In this document: positions 1-12,469 of the stretch, in pieces
How positions within the stretch are numbered: the first letter of the stretch is position 1
Layout: the number at the start of each line of letters is the position of its first letter
Assembly: GCA_050084515.1 (NCBI GenBank)
Contig: CM114271.1
Coordinates: forward strand, 2,914,001 to 2,978,000
Direction: 5' to 3'
Source: Blasia pusilla
Lineage: Eukaryota
DNA length: 64,000 nt
Made by a program: the position numbers and the translations under genes
Notes under the pieces: model-generated
Seen by the model: only the letters and a program-made list of their open reading frames with translations
Told to the model about the DNA's origin: nothing
Database searches by the model: none

Positions 1-2090
1 CCATTCGTACAAATAATCCTTTCCGTGAGGATTGATGTCCCAAAATGTCATCTTTTGCCTGTCTTTCAATCTAATAAGCAACTGATAATATCCAGCTCAA
101 AGATTGAATGAACTTAAGATCTTTGCATGCCCAATAGCATCAAAGATCTCCTCAAGAGTAGGCATAGCATACCTATTGGACTTCATTTGCCAATGGATAG
201 GTCGGTATTCTCCACACATCTGCCTATCCGTCCAGAAGCCGTGCACATCCTTCTAGGCGGGCATGAAAGTAGCAGATGCATACTCTCCATGCAACATCTC
301 CACTAGTCCTACTCCAACCAAGTCCTGGCTCTTACTCTCAATCAGGGCCCTCTCCATATCGGTGTACCTGTAGGATCGTCGAAAGATCGGCGGATTCTTG
401 GACCCTTCAACATACCCAAATCATGCATGCTAAATGAAAAACAACTAGCTCCTATAACTTCTAAGGAACTAGTGTATCCAACGCTGCTCTCCTCTTGTCA
501 ACTTAAGCCCCATATTTGGCTCTCAAGTCTCCATTGTGACTATGGTAAGACTCTCACGTGTGGGTATCGATAGTTGCTATGGTGCAACCCCATCTCGGAC
601 AACAAAACTTGAATACTCACCTACAACCAACTCCAAACTCTCATCTCCTTGACCTCTAGTATGAGGAACCACGCTCTATGCTATGGCTACCATCTCCCGG
701 CATACCTGAAAAAAATCCCAAGAAGTCCAAGGGTATCTCTCTCAATTACCATTGATATGTCGATCTCCTCAGATCTCGCCCCCAACCATTTCTTGAACCA
801 TCTTGGTAGGCATGGGCTCACCAACGCAACAACTATGATCAATTGTGACATCATCAACGTGGCTCAGCTACTCCTAAGCTAATGATCCATGTGAAGAAGT
901 TTAGGTCCATCGCCTAACCCAAGACATAATGTCATCCCAAACCAAGCTAGTACCGACCTTCTTATATGCATAGAAAGGCGGAAAAACTCACAAAAGTGGG
1001 AAAGGCTGCCCGTGGCATGCCAATCCTATTAACCATAGTCAACGACGGTCGATCATCATCCCTCATTTCTTGTGATCGATGACTTGGATCTAGAATAGAA
1101 TCCACCAACAAATGGAAGGGGCTTTCCACTCTTGCATACGCCCTCCGCAACACTTCATGTGGCACCGAGTTGGTCCACCATAGACATCGGAAATATGCTC
1201 ATAAACCTACATTTTCCGCATCCAAAAATATTGTTGGGCCGATCCAGGCTCACATCTTATGTGCACTTATCACCACCCGTAACCTCGAGTTGCCCAAAAT
1301 TGGCACATTCTCCAAAATTTATGTTGGAGAACATGATTGATGTTCTTGCAAGTGTCGCAAGATCCGCATCATCTCCCAAAATAATCCACCTACCACTACC
1401 TTATCCATCACTTGATTGGCCTTGACATGGCCAACCAGCAATGGCCAAATCAATGGTCTCTACCCGCTCCAAGTCTTGCACCCCCATCAACAAAATGTCC
1501 CTCTGTAGGAAACTCTCGTACCATTATACGCCGGATGTAGACAACAAGTCAAGAAAACGGAAGCATAATTGCACCATATGTCGAAGTGAAATTTGTCTTG
1601 TTACGTCATCAAGCTCCACATACAAGTACTGATGCATACACACTCCTGCCTCCAAAACAACAACCAACCAGGTGCCGATCCCTCCAAAGAGATCCAACAC
1701 TCCAATATCCTCCTCTAGGATGCGCCACACTCTCTACCTCCTCGACTTACCAAGTGACAAACCTCTCCCCGGATATCCAACAAAACAATACCCGGAAAAA
1801 CCATGACACGCTCTATCGCGGGTCTGGCGGGCATCTCCACCATCCTAGCAGTTGTAACCTACCATGAATCTGAGGTGGATGGCCCGAGCATAGGCTCCAC
1901 GAGTAGGTCTATCACGTCCTCTGCAACCATCTCTCAACATGACAAAGGAACACCAACTCCACGCTCGCATGGCATAGCGGCCATACAAAAAATCCCCATG
2001 GGCATATCTCCCAACATCAGAAGCAGAAAACCATGGGGCGAGGTATATCGTAGTGGCCGACCCCAACAACGTACTCAACACGGGATCCTT
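1..2090 (-). mobile_element. Degenerate Ty3/Gypsy LTR retrotransposon (copy A) with a DNA methyltransferase domain upstream of RT; runs off the window start
   Basis: Minus strand 395->1 reads PIFRRSYRYTDMERALIE...EYASATFMPA*KDVHGFWTDRQMCGEYRPI...RYAMPTLEEIFDAIGHAKILSSFNL*AGYYQL, the Gypsy RT N-terminus. 1750-2075 aligns by eye with 37820-38175 of copy B. Many premature stops and frameshifts. Confidence 0.9.
870..1730 (-). pseudogene. C5 cytosine DNA methyltransferase domain (DNMT3-like motif wording) inside the Gypsy pol region, disrupted
   Basis: Motif I VLDLFGGIG (~1671-1700), motif IV IDLAIAGWPCQG (GWPCQG 1419-1436), motif VI ILENV (ENV 1304-1312), motif VIII-like LDAENVG..AYFRCLWWTN (~1169-1230), motif X-like VLG*AMD (~905-930), in canonical order. 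Confidence 0.88.
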
Positions 2091-3469
2091 CTGAACATCA
2101 ACAATAGGAGTCTTTGTACTTGCTTCTCCCACGGGCTTATATTCCGCTGAAAAGTAGAATGAGGGGAATTTTTTAATCATTACAATATGATAAATGATTT
2201 GAAAATTATACATTGAAATTTTGAAATATATTTCATATTTTGGGAATGCATATTATAATGGGAAACCCTATATGTACAATAAGAAAAATAGTGGTATAAT
2301 AAGACATAATAACAACATGGTTGAGTTTTGTATCTTGGCTGAAATTAAATGGGTAGAGAAAATGAACTTCAACGACACACGAGAAATTTTCTATTCATTA
2401 CTTATTATTTAGTAGTTTTATTAAATTATATAGTATGTCCGTACTTGTGCATGAAATTTATTTTTTAATTAGCATGCTTAGAAATTATAAGAAAAATATT
2501 TTTAAATTTAAATATAATCTCCATTTTTTTAAATCTTAAAATTATGAACATATTTCAATTTTAAATCATACTAAATTTCCTAAATAATTTCACTTCTCCA
2601 TAAAAGTTTAAATCATTTCCATTAAGTTAAAATATTTCCAAGGGGACTCCCGAGGTTACATTAGTTCGTTAGGTGGGCCCTTAAGCAAATTCCTCCCATT
2701 TCTTCTTTTCCCTTTCCACTCTTCCTACCAAAATAACATCCACAAACTAATTCCACTCCTCACGTAAAAGATATTCCAATCTCCTAAATAATTGCACCCT
2801 TCCCATAATTTTTAGAAAATATCTACTCTTTCTCCATTAAAATTTATTCTCCCTTCCCATCTAATATGTGTCAAGCAATGCAATTATAACTTTTTTCTCT
2901 TTTTCCTATTTCTTATATTAGTAGTTATTATACACACTTATGATCATTTATTATAATACAAATTATAAATTAATTAAAGTATTTTCTTATTTCATTCAGT
3001 TTCAGTCTTTCTATCCATCTAAGAGGACTAAAGATAAAATCGAAGCATGTTGCTATTTTTGCCCTATTTTTTATTTTTTTCGTATTATGCATTGTATTTT
3101 GGTGGGAAAAGTGGAAGGGAAGAATAGGTATTGTTTAGACTTTTATGTCAAAGTGAAATTATGTCGGGGATTTGGAAATTCTATAAATTATAATTTTTTT
3201 AAAATATTATGAACCTTTGAAAAAATTGAAAACTCTATACATCTTATGAAAAAATATTGATCAAATATAAAATCATTTCCGTTTGTACACGTTGACATAC
3301 TAAATAGTAAATAATAAAAGATAATACCTTAGCATGTCCAAACAAGAAACCTTATTAAAAAATATGAGAAAAATTAATTTCTATTTGTAATCTTAAACTA
3401 AAATTATGATTGGGAAATATCCTTTAAAAAATTTCTCAAATTTAAAAACGAATCTAATTGCATAATTCA

Positions 3470-5085
3470 TTCTCACCCTATTTTTGGAAAAGAGGATCTT
3501 TCCATTTCCTTCTTGTTCAAGGATCTCCTCTTGCCCCTTAAATTTGGTACATTTGATTGCCAACGTGTATCTAGATCTCCTATAAAGTTTGAAGCAAAAT
3601 GGAGTTGCCACCAAAAGCTCACGAATGTTTAACTCATCTTTGCTTCAACGTATTTAAACCTTATACTCAAAGAGGATCAATCCATTTTCCATCTTGTGCA
3701 AGGATCTCATTTTTAGCCCAAATTTGGTACACTTTATCCCCAACTCTCTTGCAAAGTTTCAAGCAAAATGGATTTGTGACCCAAAGCTCAAAAATAGTTT
3801 AGTCATTTTTTGACCCACAACATTAAACCTTTTATGAAAAGAGGGTCTTTTCATTTTCCATCTCATCCAAGGATCTTATCTTGCGCTGAAATTTGAGACA
3901 CTTGCTCCTTAAAGTGTATCTAGACCTCCATAAAAGTTTCAATCAAAATGGATTTGTGACCAAAAGATCAAAATTTTTTATGTCACTTTTAGACTCGCGC
4001 CATTAGATTTTCAATGAAAAGAGGGGTCTTTTCATTTTCCAACTTATGCAAGGATCTCATCTTGAGCTGAAATTTGATACACTTACTCGTCAAAATGTGT
4101 CCACACCTCCAAAAAAGTTTCAAGAAAAATGGAGTTGTGATATGACGCTCAAAAATTGTTAACTCATTTTTGATCCACGCTATTAAACCTTTAATGAAAA
4201 TATGATCTTTTCGTTTTCCATCTTTTTGGAAGATCTCATATTGAGATGAAATTTGGCTTGATCTCTATGGTCTAATTAACTATCTTGCAGATTTTCAACT
4301 AAACTGGAGTTTTGACCAAAGGCTCAAAACTTGTTATGTCATTTTTGTACTAAGCCAGTAAACCTTCTATGAAAAAAAGGTCTTTCCATTTTTCATCTTA
4401 TACAAGGATCTCATCTTGAATTGAAATTTGGTACACTTTATCCCATGTTGTATCTACCTGTTTTGAAAAATTTCAAGCAAAATGGTATTGCGACCAAGAA
4501 CTGAAATTGTTTAAGTAAATTTTGGAATCGTGCCATTAAATCTTCTATGAAAAATGGTCATTTCATTTTCCATCTTAATTGTGCAAGGGTCTCATCTTGA
4601 GATAAAATTTCATGCACTTGATCTCTATGGTCTATTTATCTTTCTTGAAAAGTTTCAAGAAAAATGGAAGTGTGATCAAAGGCTCAAAATTTGTTATGTT
4701 ATTTTTACATTCGCGTCATTAAACCTTCTATGAAAAAAAGGGTCTTTGCATTTTCCATTTTCTCCAAGGATCTCATCTTGGGCTGAAATTTGGTACATTT
4801 AATCCTCAAAGTGTATTTAGACCTCTAGCAAAGTTTACAGGACAATCGCTTTGTGAACAAAAGTTGAAAAATGTTTAACTCAATTTTGGACCCGCGGCAG
4901 TAAACCTTCTATAAAAAGAGGATCTTTCCATTTTTCCATTTTTTGTAAGGCTCTAATCGTGAGTTGAAATTTGGTACACTTGATTCCCATGGTCTATGAA
5001 CCTCTCTTGCAAAGTTTTGAGCAAAATGAAGTTGTGACCAAAAGCTCAAAAATTGTTAACTCTCTTTTTTACCCACACCATTAAA
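3470..5085. repeat. Tandem satellite array, about 9 diverged copies of a ~180-bp AT-rich unit
   Basis: The core AAGGATCTCATCTTG...AAATTTGGTACAC recurs near 3519, 3700, 3869, 4050, 4230, 4404, 4585, 4766 and 4947. Confidence 0.9.
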
Positions 5086-6303
5086 CGAGGAGTGGTAAAA
5101 GGAGAGGAGAGAGGAAACTATTGTCAACCCAAAGAGATCATTACATTAAGAGAGTTTCATGTTATTTGAAGCGAGCTTCGTATGGGCTGAAGAGAAAGAG
5201 GAATTTTTTTGAACATATTTTATAATTATCTCCTCTTTTCTTAGTTACTCCCACAAATTTTTCTTCCTCTTCACCATTATAGCAACCCGTCTAAAGCTGA
5301 CATGTTGCATCATACATAAAACATTCATGTATTCGATAACCTCTTAGCATATAATTTAAAAATTATAAAAAAACATTGGAATTACAAAAGTAGAACAAAT
5401 GACTTTTTCCATCCAAGGTGTGAAAGAAATATTATTTAAGTATATTGACAAAAGTTCGAGCTCACAGTGAACAATTTAACATTTCCAAACTACACTTTCA
5501 AACCTAATATTGCATCCTCACAATGGCTTGTTTAGAATACTTCGCACTTCGTTTAGGGACAAAATTGGTTGGTGAATTCCTATTGCTAGCTCCGACTATC
5601 TTAAAGCTACGAGCAAAACATAGTACATGTGCTTAGAAGGAAAATACCCTTTTCCACTTGTCTCTCTCTAGACACAGTCATCATAGGAACATGTGGGAAA
5701 GCAATAGATGTATACATTTCTTCTACAGGAAAGTGCCGCATGCTCTCTTTATTCCATAAGATCCAGCCCTGCATGTGCGTCCACGTTCGGGGTTGCTTCG
5801 AGAGATATTCCACTTTTTGAGATTGCAATCCATCTCTATGACAAGAACGCCATGTTTTTGAATAGCCTCGAGACTAGATTATGGGAAATCCCCGCTATAG
5901 AGGAATTAAAAAATAAGACATTTACAGATTTTGCAGAAGACACGCCAACTCAAACTTGGGAGCTATATGGTATTTTCGAATACCTAGGTGGGGTGATTTC
6001 ATCATCCAGATCAATCACCGAGTTGGTTTCTCGATGATGACGATCGCAATCGATCAGGAGTTTTGGTGTTGGGATTCAAAACCCGAACCAAGTCCAATAG
6101 AGTGGATTTTGGAAGTCCTTATTGGATTTCGATCCAAGACTCATCTAGTTGGATCTCAATTTGGGGGCTCATGCGAAGTCCATTGGACAGTTGGGATGGT
6201 GTTGTATACTAATACCACCCACTATATAAACTTCTCTTTCATTAAATATTAGAGAGACTTTTTGTAGTTATAAGTAAATTAGTTTAGGAAAATTAAATTT
6301 ACA

Positions 6304-7014
6304 TGTTGAAACCTCTTTAGGATGGCTCATTTGTGCGGGCCCAACTTGAGAACAAGAGGTCATAAATAAGACATGGGAGTATAAAAGTAAAGTAGTGGGG
6401 TTGTGTATTAATGAAAGAAAAGCAAAAGTAGTCTTAGTTGGTGGCTAGGGTAGTTGGGGTAGTATGGAGGATATGAAGTGAGTTGATGAGGATATTTTGG
6501 AGGAGATCAGATGTAATCTACTTATGTCAAAATGGGATTGGCTAAGCCTTAAGAGGAAGTCATGTGGCACAAGATAAGATTAGTCTTATTTTGTACTCTT
6601 GTGGATCTCTTGAGAGTATATAAAATGGAGGGACCTTCAAGGGTTCATCATCTTCTACTTCATTTCTTGAGTCTACCTTGTTGCTCTTGAGTGGATGGAA
6701 TTTGTTTGCTTGCTCTTCCAATGAGAGTGGATTACCCTTTTGGAAGAATGACTTTGTTGAGTTCTATTCTTTGAGAGTTTCAAAAGTCTGATATGAGATG
6801 GTTATTTGGGTAGACTTATAGTCTTAGGGGAGTTTTGTCATGCTATGGGTAGTGGATGGTTTTGGCTTGTTATTTTCCCAATGAAAGTAGATTACCCTTC
6901 TTGAGAGAGCAACTCCGCCAAAACCCATTCTTTAGAAGAGTAGAGAATATCCATTAAGTATGGATAAGGGTGGAGCACGAGTCGTACCCGATTTTCCTTT
7001 CCTTAATCTGTATC
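6304..7014 (+). mobile_element. Possible solo or truncated LTR
   Basis: Starts TGTTG, has a TATA-like TATAAAA near 6618 and an internal duplication (CCAATGA..GATTACCCTT at ~6718 and ~6878). No matching TSD found and the right end is uncertain. Confidence 0.3.
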
Positions 7015-7019
7015 ACGTC

Positions 7020-7890
7020 AAAATTCTCTTTGTAGATAGGCATTGGTTTACTCGCTATCTATTTTATCACTTTGGGAAGGCATTCATGAACCAGGTCATG
7101 CAATCTCCAACTCCAATGATTCTTCTTATTATCACGTACAGAAGGACATGGGATTATAATTTGTATATCCTTAAACAACGATCCATAGATGTCTATAGGC
7201 CTTCTCAAGTAGGGTTTAACACTTGTTGTGTTATTTTTCTTATACAAAAGCGTAAATTAGTTTACAAGGACTTACAAGTAGTTTACAATTTTTGGGTTCG
7301 ATGTTATGAAGAAGTGATTGCCTCGGCACTACCATTCGTGATTCTTGTCGTAAGAGAATGGAGAGCGTATATAATAATTCTGTACTAAAAAAAGAGAACT
7401 TCTTAGGGATTTCTCCTTGCATTAACCATGTCTGCCGCAGCAAGAAGGTTCTTGGTTATTTTTGAATAAATCAATGTGGTAACCATGATTTATTCAAAAA
7501 TTGATTTTTAGAGCATTAACAGCTCTGAAAATTCCTATCATTCATAGATCTCAGAGTGTTGAATATATTGACTCAAGCCCTCCCCATAGGTGAGCCTAAT
7601 TACACAAAAATGCAACTACATTGTGTATTCATCCAACAATCGTATATTCATCATCCACACTACATATCTAGTTTAACATTCACTAAGTTCTAGACTACAT
7701 ATGAAGTACTTAAAACAGGTACAAGAAAGTCGAAAAAAAATTTTGCGACTGATTCAATTGGGATCTTAGTATATAAAACAGACCGGGTGGTTCGTTTTAC
7801 TCACTTCCATCCATTCCACCAATCAATGAATTCTTTTATAACTTTTTACTACAAAAATTCCATTTAGATCAAAATCTTAGATTCTTATTG
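7020..7890 (+). mobile_element. Possible degenerate Helitron Rep/linker region
   Basis: Fragmentary translations such as VILVVREWRAYII, LKIPIIHRSQSVEYIDSSPP and VVRFTHFHPFHQSMNSFYNFLLQK resemble the segment between Rep and helicase in RepHel proteins. Same strand as the PIF1 helicase beyond Copia A. Weak. Confidence 0.35.
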
Positions 7891-7898
7891 TGTTATTA

Positions 7899-10800
7899 CT
7901 TATCAGAGCGATAATAGAATATCACTTGAAATTCTTGATGTTTAAAGAGAGAAGAGAAGCAAGAGAAGGCATAATTTCAGTTTGGGAGAAGGAGATTTCA
8001 TTGAGAACTTCAGTTGCCGAAGATTTCATATGGAGTTGTGACGGTGATAAAACTTTGGAGGTATTTTTTAGGGCCTTCTCGGTCGATTAAGCAATCTGGA
8101 TCCGCAACGATGAAAAAAATAGTGAAGGTTGGTTCCAACCATATTGTAGAGCTCGTCAAGAGCTTTCCAGCGCATCCAAAATTTCTTGATTTTGACATGT
8201 TGAGAAAATTCATGGGTCAAGAGCTATGGAAGCTTGTTACAGATGATGAGGCCAATCGAGAAGATGACTCAACATACTTGGATGTTTGGGCTTGGAACAA
8301 ACGCGCAAGGCAAGTAATCAACTATATTTCAATAACGATGTGTTTGTCAATGATAGGTCACATTCAAGATTTTGATATTTCGAAGGAGACCTGGGATGCA
8401 TTGGAAAATTTTTTCTAGACATCTACAAAGGCCATAAAGCTTCAATTGAAACAACAATTGAACGAAGTGAGGAAGGGATCGTAGAGTTTCAATGACTATG
8501 TTGATCGAAGTAAGAAAAGGATCGTGGAGTTTCAATGACTATCTTGATCGAAGTAAGAAAAGGATCGTAGAGTTTCAATGACTATGTTGATCCAAGTGAG
8601 GAAAGGATCGTAGAGTATTAAACAAATTGTTGATTAGTTGAATAGCATTGGAGTGACAGTAGAAGATGATGATTTGATTTGTTCACTCTTCAAGGTCTTC
8701 CAAAGGATTATAATTCCTTTGAGACCTCTATCTCTGTGAGAGAGAAGTATCCAACCTTTCAAGAGTTAGTCCCATTGTTAATTAGTGAGGAGATGCACAT
8801 AGTAGGTCGTAGTAGCTCCTCTAGTATGCAAGAGAGTGCGCTATTTGTAGGTAATGGATCAAATAAAGGCAGAGGTCGTGATAGAAGCTTCTATGGTTGT
8901 GGTGGATATCAAACATTAGGAGGAAGAGGCACTCAATATAACATCACTAAATCAACTACAAATCAATACCAAACACAATCACAAGGTGGTGATAGTGGAA
9001 ACTGTTGGGATCTTTGGATCTTGCAATTACTATAGGATAATGGGTCACTATACAAAGTTTTGCTTCAAGAAGAAGGCATATATGAGTGTGGGAATCTTAC
9101 AACACCAAGGGTAGTATCAAGAATAACAACATTTGCAAACTGAGCACCTCTTGGTCATGACTCATCATATGGGAGCAATGGTCAAGAAAGACTCGGGAGC
9201 AAATTGGTACATCAACTCTGGTGCATCAAATCACATGAGCTCACAAACTAAATGATTAAGTAGTATCGAGCCGGTAAAAGATTCTACAATAGTGCTCATA
9301 AGAGATGACACTTAACATCATATCATGCGGACCAGTAAAGTTCCAATAACATCAGATGATCTTGGTGCTCTTGGAAATGTACTCTATGTTCCTACCATTG
9401 CAAGAAATTGATCTTTGTAGGACAGATAGTAGAACATGGTTTTAAAGTGAAGTTTAATACAAATGGTTATTTTATTGAAATAATTGATGACCAAACTATG
9501 ACAGCCAAAAGAACTAGATCTGATAAAATGTTCAAATTAGTTGTTTCTATGCTAGAGATTCAAACATCAATGTATGATCAAACTAACCTACTAGTCACAG
9601 ATCTAAATGTATGGCATAAGAGAATTGAGCATATAAATCTTCAAAGATTACATAATCTTTCATCATCTAATCTAGTAATAGGACTTCCTAAATTAGCGAG
9701 TCCTATTATGTTAGAGGTATGCCATGCTTGTCAATTTGGAAAACAAGCTAGATTTCCATTTCCAAAGCAAGATAGAAGAGCTTCCAAGATATTGGATTTA
9801 ATTCACAGTGATATGTGGACATCATCACAATATAGCCTTAGTAGGTTCCAAGTACTTTCTTCATTTATTGATGACTTCTCTAGGTATATATAGATAAAAT
9901 TCCTTCCGGAAGACGTCAAAAATTAGACCCCAAGTCTAAAAGATATATCTTCATTGGCTACAATGATGGAACTAAGGGATATAAGTGCTACATTCCATCG
10001 TCTAGGAAGCTTATTATTAGTCACGATATTATCTTTGATGAGCTAAAGTCATGATAGCTCCATATGAGTCTGTTCCACCTCTAGACTCGTCTATTGAGGG
10101 GGAGACTTGTCTATCAACCAACAGATATTTCCTACAAATTCCCTAGATACTAGTGCAAGATTAGGAGAGGTCTTAGATTCGTCAATTAAATCTGTGAGTC
10201 CATGGGCAAAAAGAGTACGTGTTCAGTCTATAAACACTAGTCAGAGCTTGAGTCAGGTGTCAAAGGCATTGATATCCACCTCCAAACAACAACTTCGTAG
10301 ATCAAGTAGAATCACACATCCTGTTCATAGATTCATAAATGAAGGATTCCTTACGATATTTGATGCATATATGATGACTACCCTTCAAGAATAGGAGCCG
10401 AGTTATTTTGAAGAAGCTGCAAGTAAGGTCGAATGGATTGAATTATGGAGGAAGCGCTTGCTACATTAAGACATCAACAGACCTGGGAGTTGATTAATAT
10501 ACCTTCTGATAAGGAAACTATTGGTTGCAAATGAGTTTATAAAATCAAGCGTAATCACGATGGTACAATGAACATATACAAAGCCAGATTGGTAGCTAAG
10601 CGCTATGCACAATAATATGGCATCGATTATGAGGAGACATTCAACCATGTTGCAAAGATGGCAACTACGAGAACAGTCGTTGCAGTTGCAATAAATAAGA
10701 AGTGGAGATTATATCACATGGATGTCAAGAATGCCTTTGGAAATGGAGATCTATATAGGAGTTATATATGACTCAACTACCTCAACATGAGCATCCCAAG

Positions 10801-12246
10801 TTTCCATTTCGCGTATGTAGGTTGAAAAAAGCTCTATACGGGCTCAAACAAGCTCCAAAGCTTGGTATGGCAAGATTATATACGTCCTACAAGAGTTGGG
10901 CTTTAGGGTATGTGATTCACACTCCTTATTATACGTCTTGAGAGGACAAGATCATACAATTATCATTATGTCTTATGTTGACGACCTCTTGATTATTGGG
11001 AGTATTAAGGATATGGTATAATAAGTCAAGCTAAAGTTACAGGAAGAATTTGATATGAAGGACTTGGGAGAACTCAAGTACTTCCTTGGTGTTGAATTTA
11101 TCAAGGTTGGAGAGAGCATATGGTTATTAGAATGAAAATATGCTCTTCATATGCTTTCAGAATATGGTATGACGGCTTGTAAGCCAATCTCTACACCGTT
11201 TGACCAAAGTGTGAAGCTAAGAATGGATGAAGGAGAGTTGCTTGCAGATTCTAATATGTACATGTGCATGGTTGGAAGTTTGATCTATTTGACTATAACT
11301 ATGCCAGATTTGAGCTACGCTGTTGGCCTAGTGAGCCAATTTATGCAAACACCTCGAAAACCTCACCTTGATGTTGTGAGGAGAATTATGCGGAATGTGA
11401 AATTCTCTATTCAATTCAGACTTCAATTTGAATCTTTTTCGATTTTACAATTACAAAGATGCACATATGCTGATTGGGCAGGAAGCGTATCTGATAAGCA
11501 TTCCACATATGGTTTTTCATTTACCTTGGAAAGCGCAGCTATAAGTTAGGCTTCAAAGAAGTAGCCTATAATTGCTTTATCTTCAACAGAGGTTAAGTAC
11601 AGAGGAACAACCGATGCAGCATGTAAGGCGGTGTGGCTTCATGGATTACTTGTTAAGATTGGTGTTAGTAACTTAGGACCAAATGTAATATATGCAGACA
11701 ATATTAGTAGCATCAAGCTTGCTATAACCTTGTGTTTCATGCTCAAAAAAGGCATGTTGAGGTGCACTATCATTTCATCAAAGAGAAAATTCTTGCATGA
11801 CAAATTGATCTTATGTATATAGGTACATATCAGCAAATTGCTGATATCTTTACAAAGGCATTGTTTGGAGATAAGTTTGAGATGTTTAGAAATGATTTAG
11901 GCGTTAGAGATATAGATATGAGCTTGAAGGGGACTTTTGAAGACTGAGTTACAATCAAGCTCATCGGACACCCGAATTGCTATATTTGGTACTCACACGA
12001 AGTAGGGAAGCTTAATCTTGGTTAGTCAGTTAAGCAGGATTATCTTAACTAAGGTTAGTTAATCAATGTTAGTCTAACGCAAGACTATGGCTAGGATTAG
12101 TGTTAGGATTGCTTGTACATACCCTACACAATTAAGAAGTGAACCAACCTCCACTCATTCTCTCATTGCAAATTTTGTTCTCCATGGTGGTATGTGCGTG
12201 TGGGAGTCATTTCTCACCAGTTATGCTTTCTTAACAATCTTCTACA
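7899..12246 (+). mobile_element. Ty1/Copia retrotransposon (copy A): 5' LTR lost, integrase core deleted, 3' LTR 11935-12246
   Basis: Partial PBS TATCAGAGC at ~7900; gag-like LQGLPKDYNSF; protease-like WYINSGASNHM; GAG-pre-integrase VWHKRIEHIN...CHACQFGKQ; IDDFSRY; RT YKARLVAK..., YVDDLL; RNase H YADWAG; purine tract GAAGGGG before the LTR. Confidence 0.93.
8465..8615. repeat. 43-bp tandem repeat (~3.5 copies) within Copia gag
   Basis: GATCGTAGAGTTTCAATGACTATGTTGATCGAAGTAAGAAAAG units start at 8477, 8520, 8563 and 8606 (last one partial). Confidence 0.92.
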
Positions 12247-12469
12247 AGATTTCCCAAAATTTTTGTTCCATTGTACACAAAATTAAAGATAAATTGTCGC
12301 AAATCTGTGGAGTGAAGTTCATACAAGTGAGATTGTGACAAAGATCATGTAAGTTATTGGTCCATATTTATATTTCATATCTCTCCCGATTTTTTTATTG
12401 CTTACAAGTTACGGACTAGTTATGTTTTTTAGAACACACATCTGGAGGCTAAAGAAGAATTGCCTTTTC

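Noticed and set aside
870-1730. Host DNMT gene or bacterial restriction-modification contamination
   Set aside because: Intronless, collinear with Gypsy RT in two separate copies, decayed like the surrounding TE, and with no adjacent restriction gene or bacterial operon structure.
5290-6260. Short ORFs resembling decayed coding sequence
   Set aside because: No recognisable motif and no consistent frame; cannot be assigned without a search.
8465-8615. CRISPR-like appearance of the 43-bp repeats
   Set aside because: Units are head-to-tail with no unique spacers, lie inside Copia gag, and there are no cas genes in this eukaryotic context.
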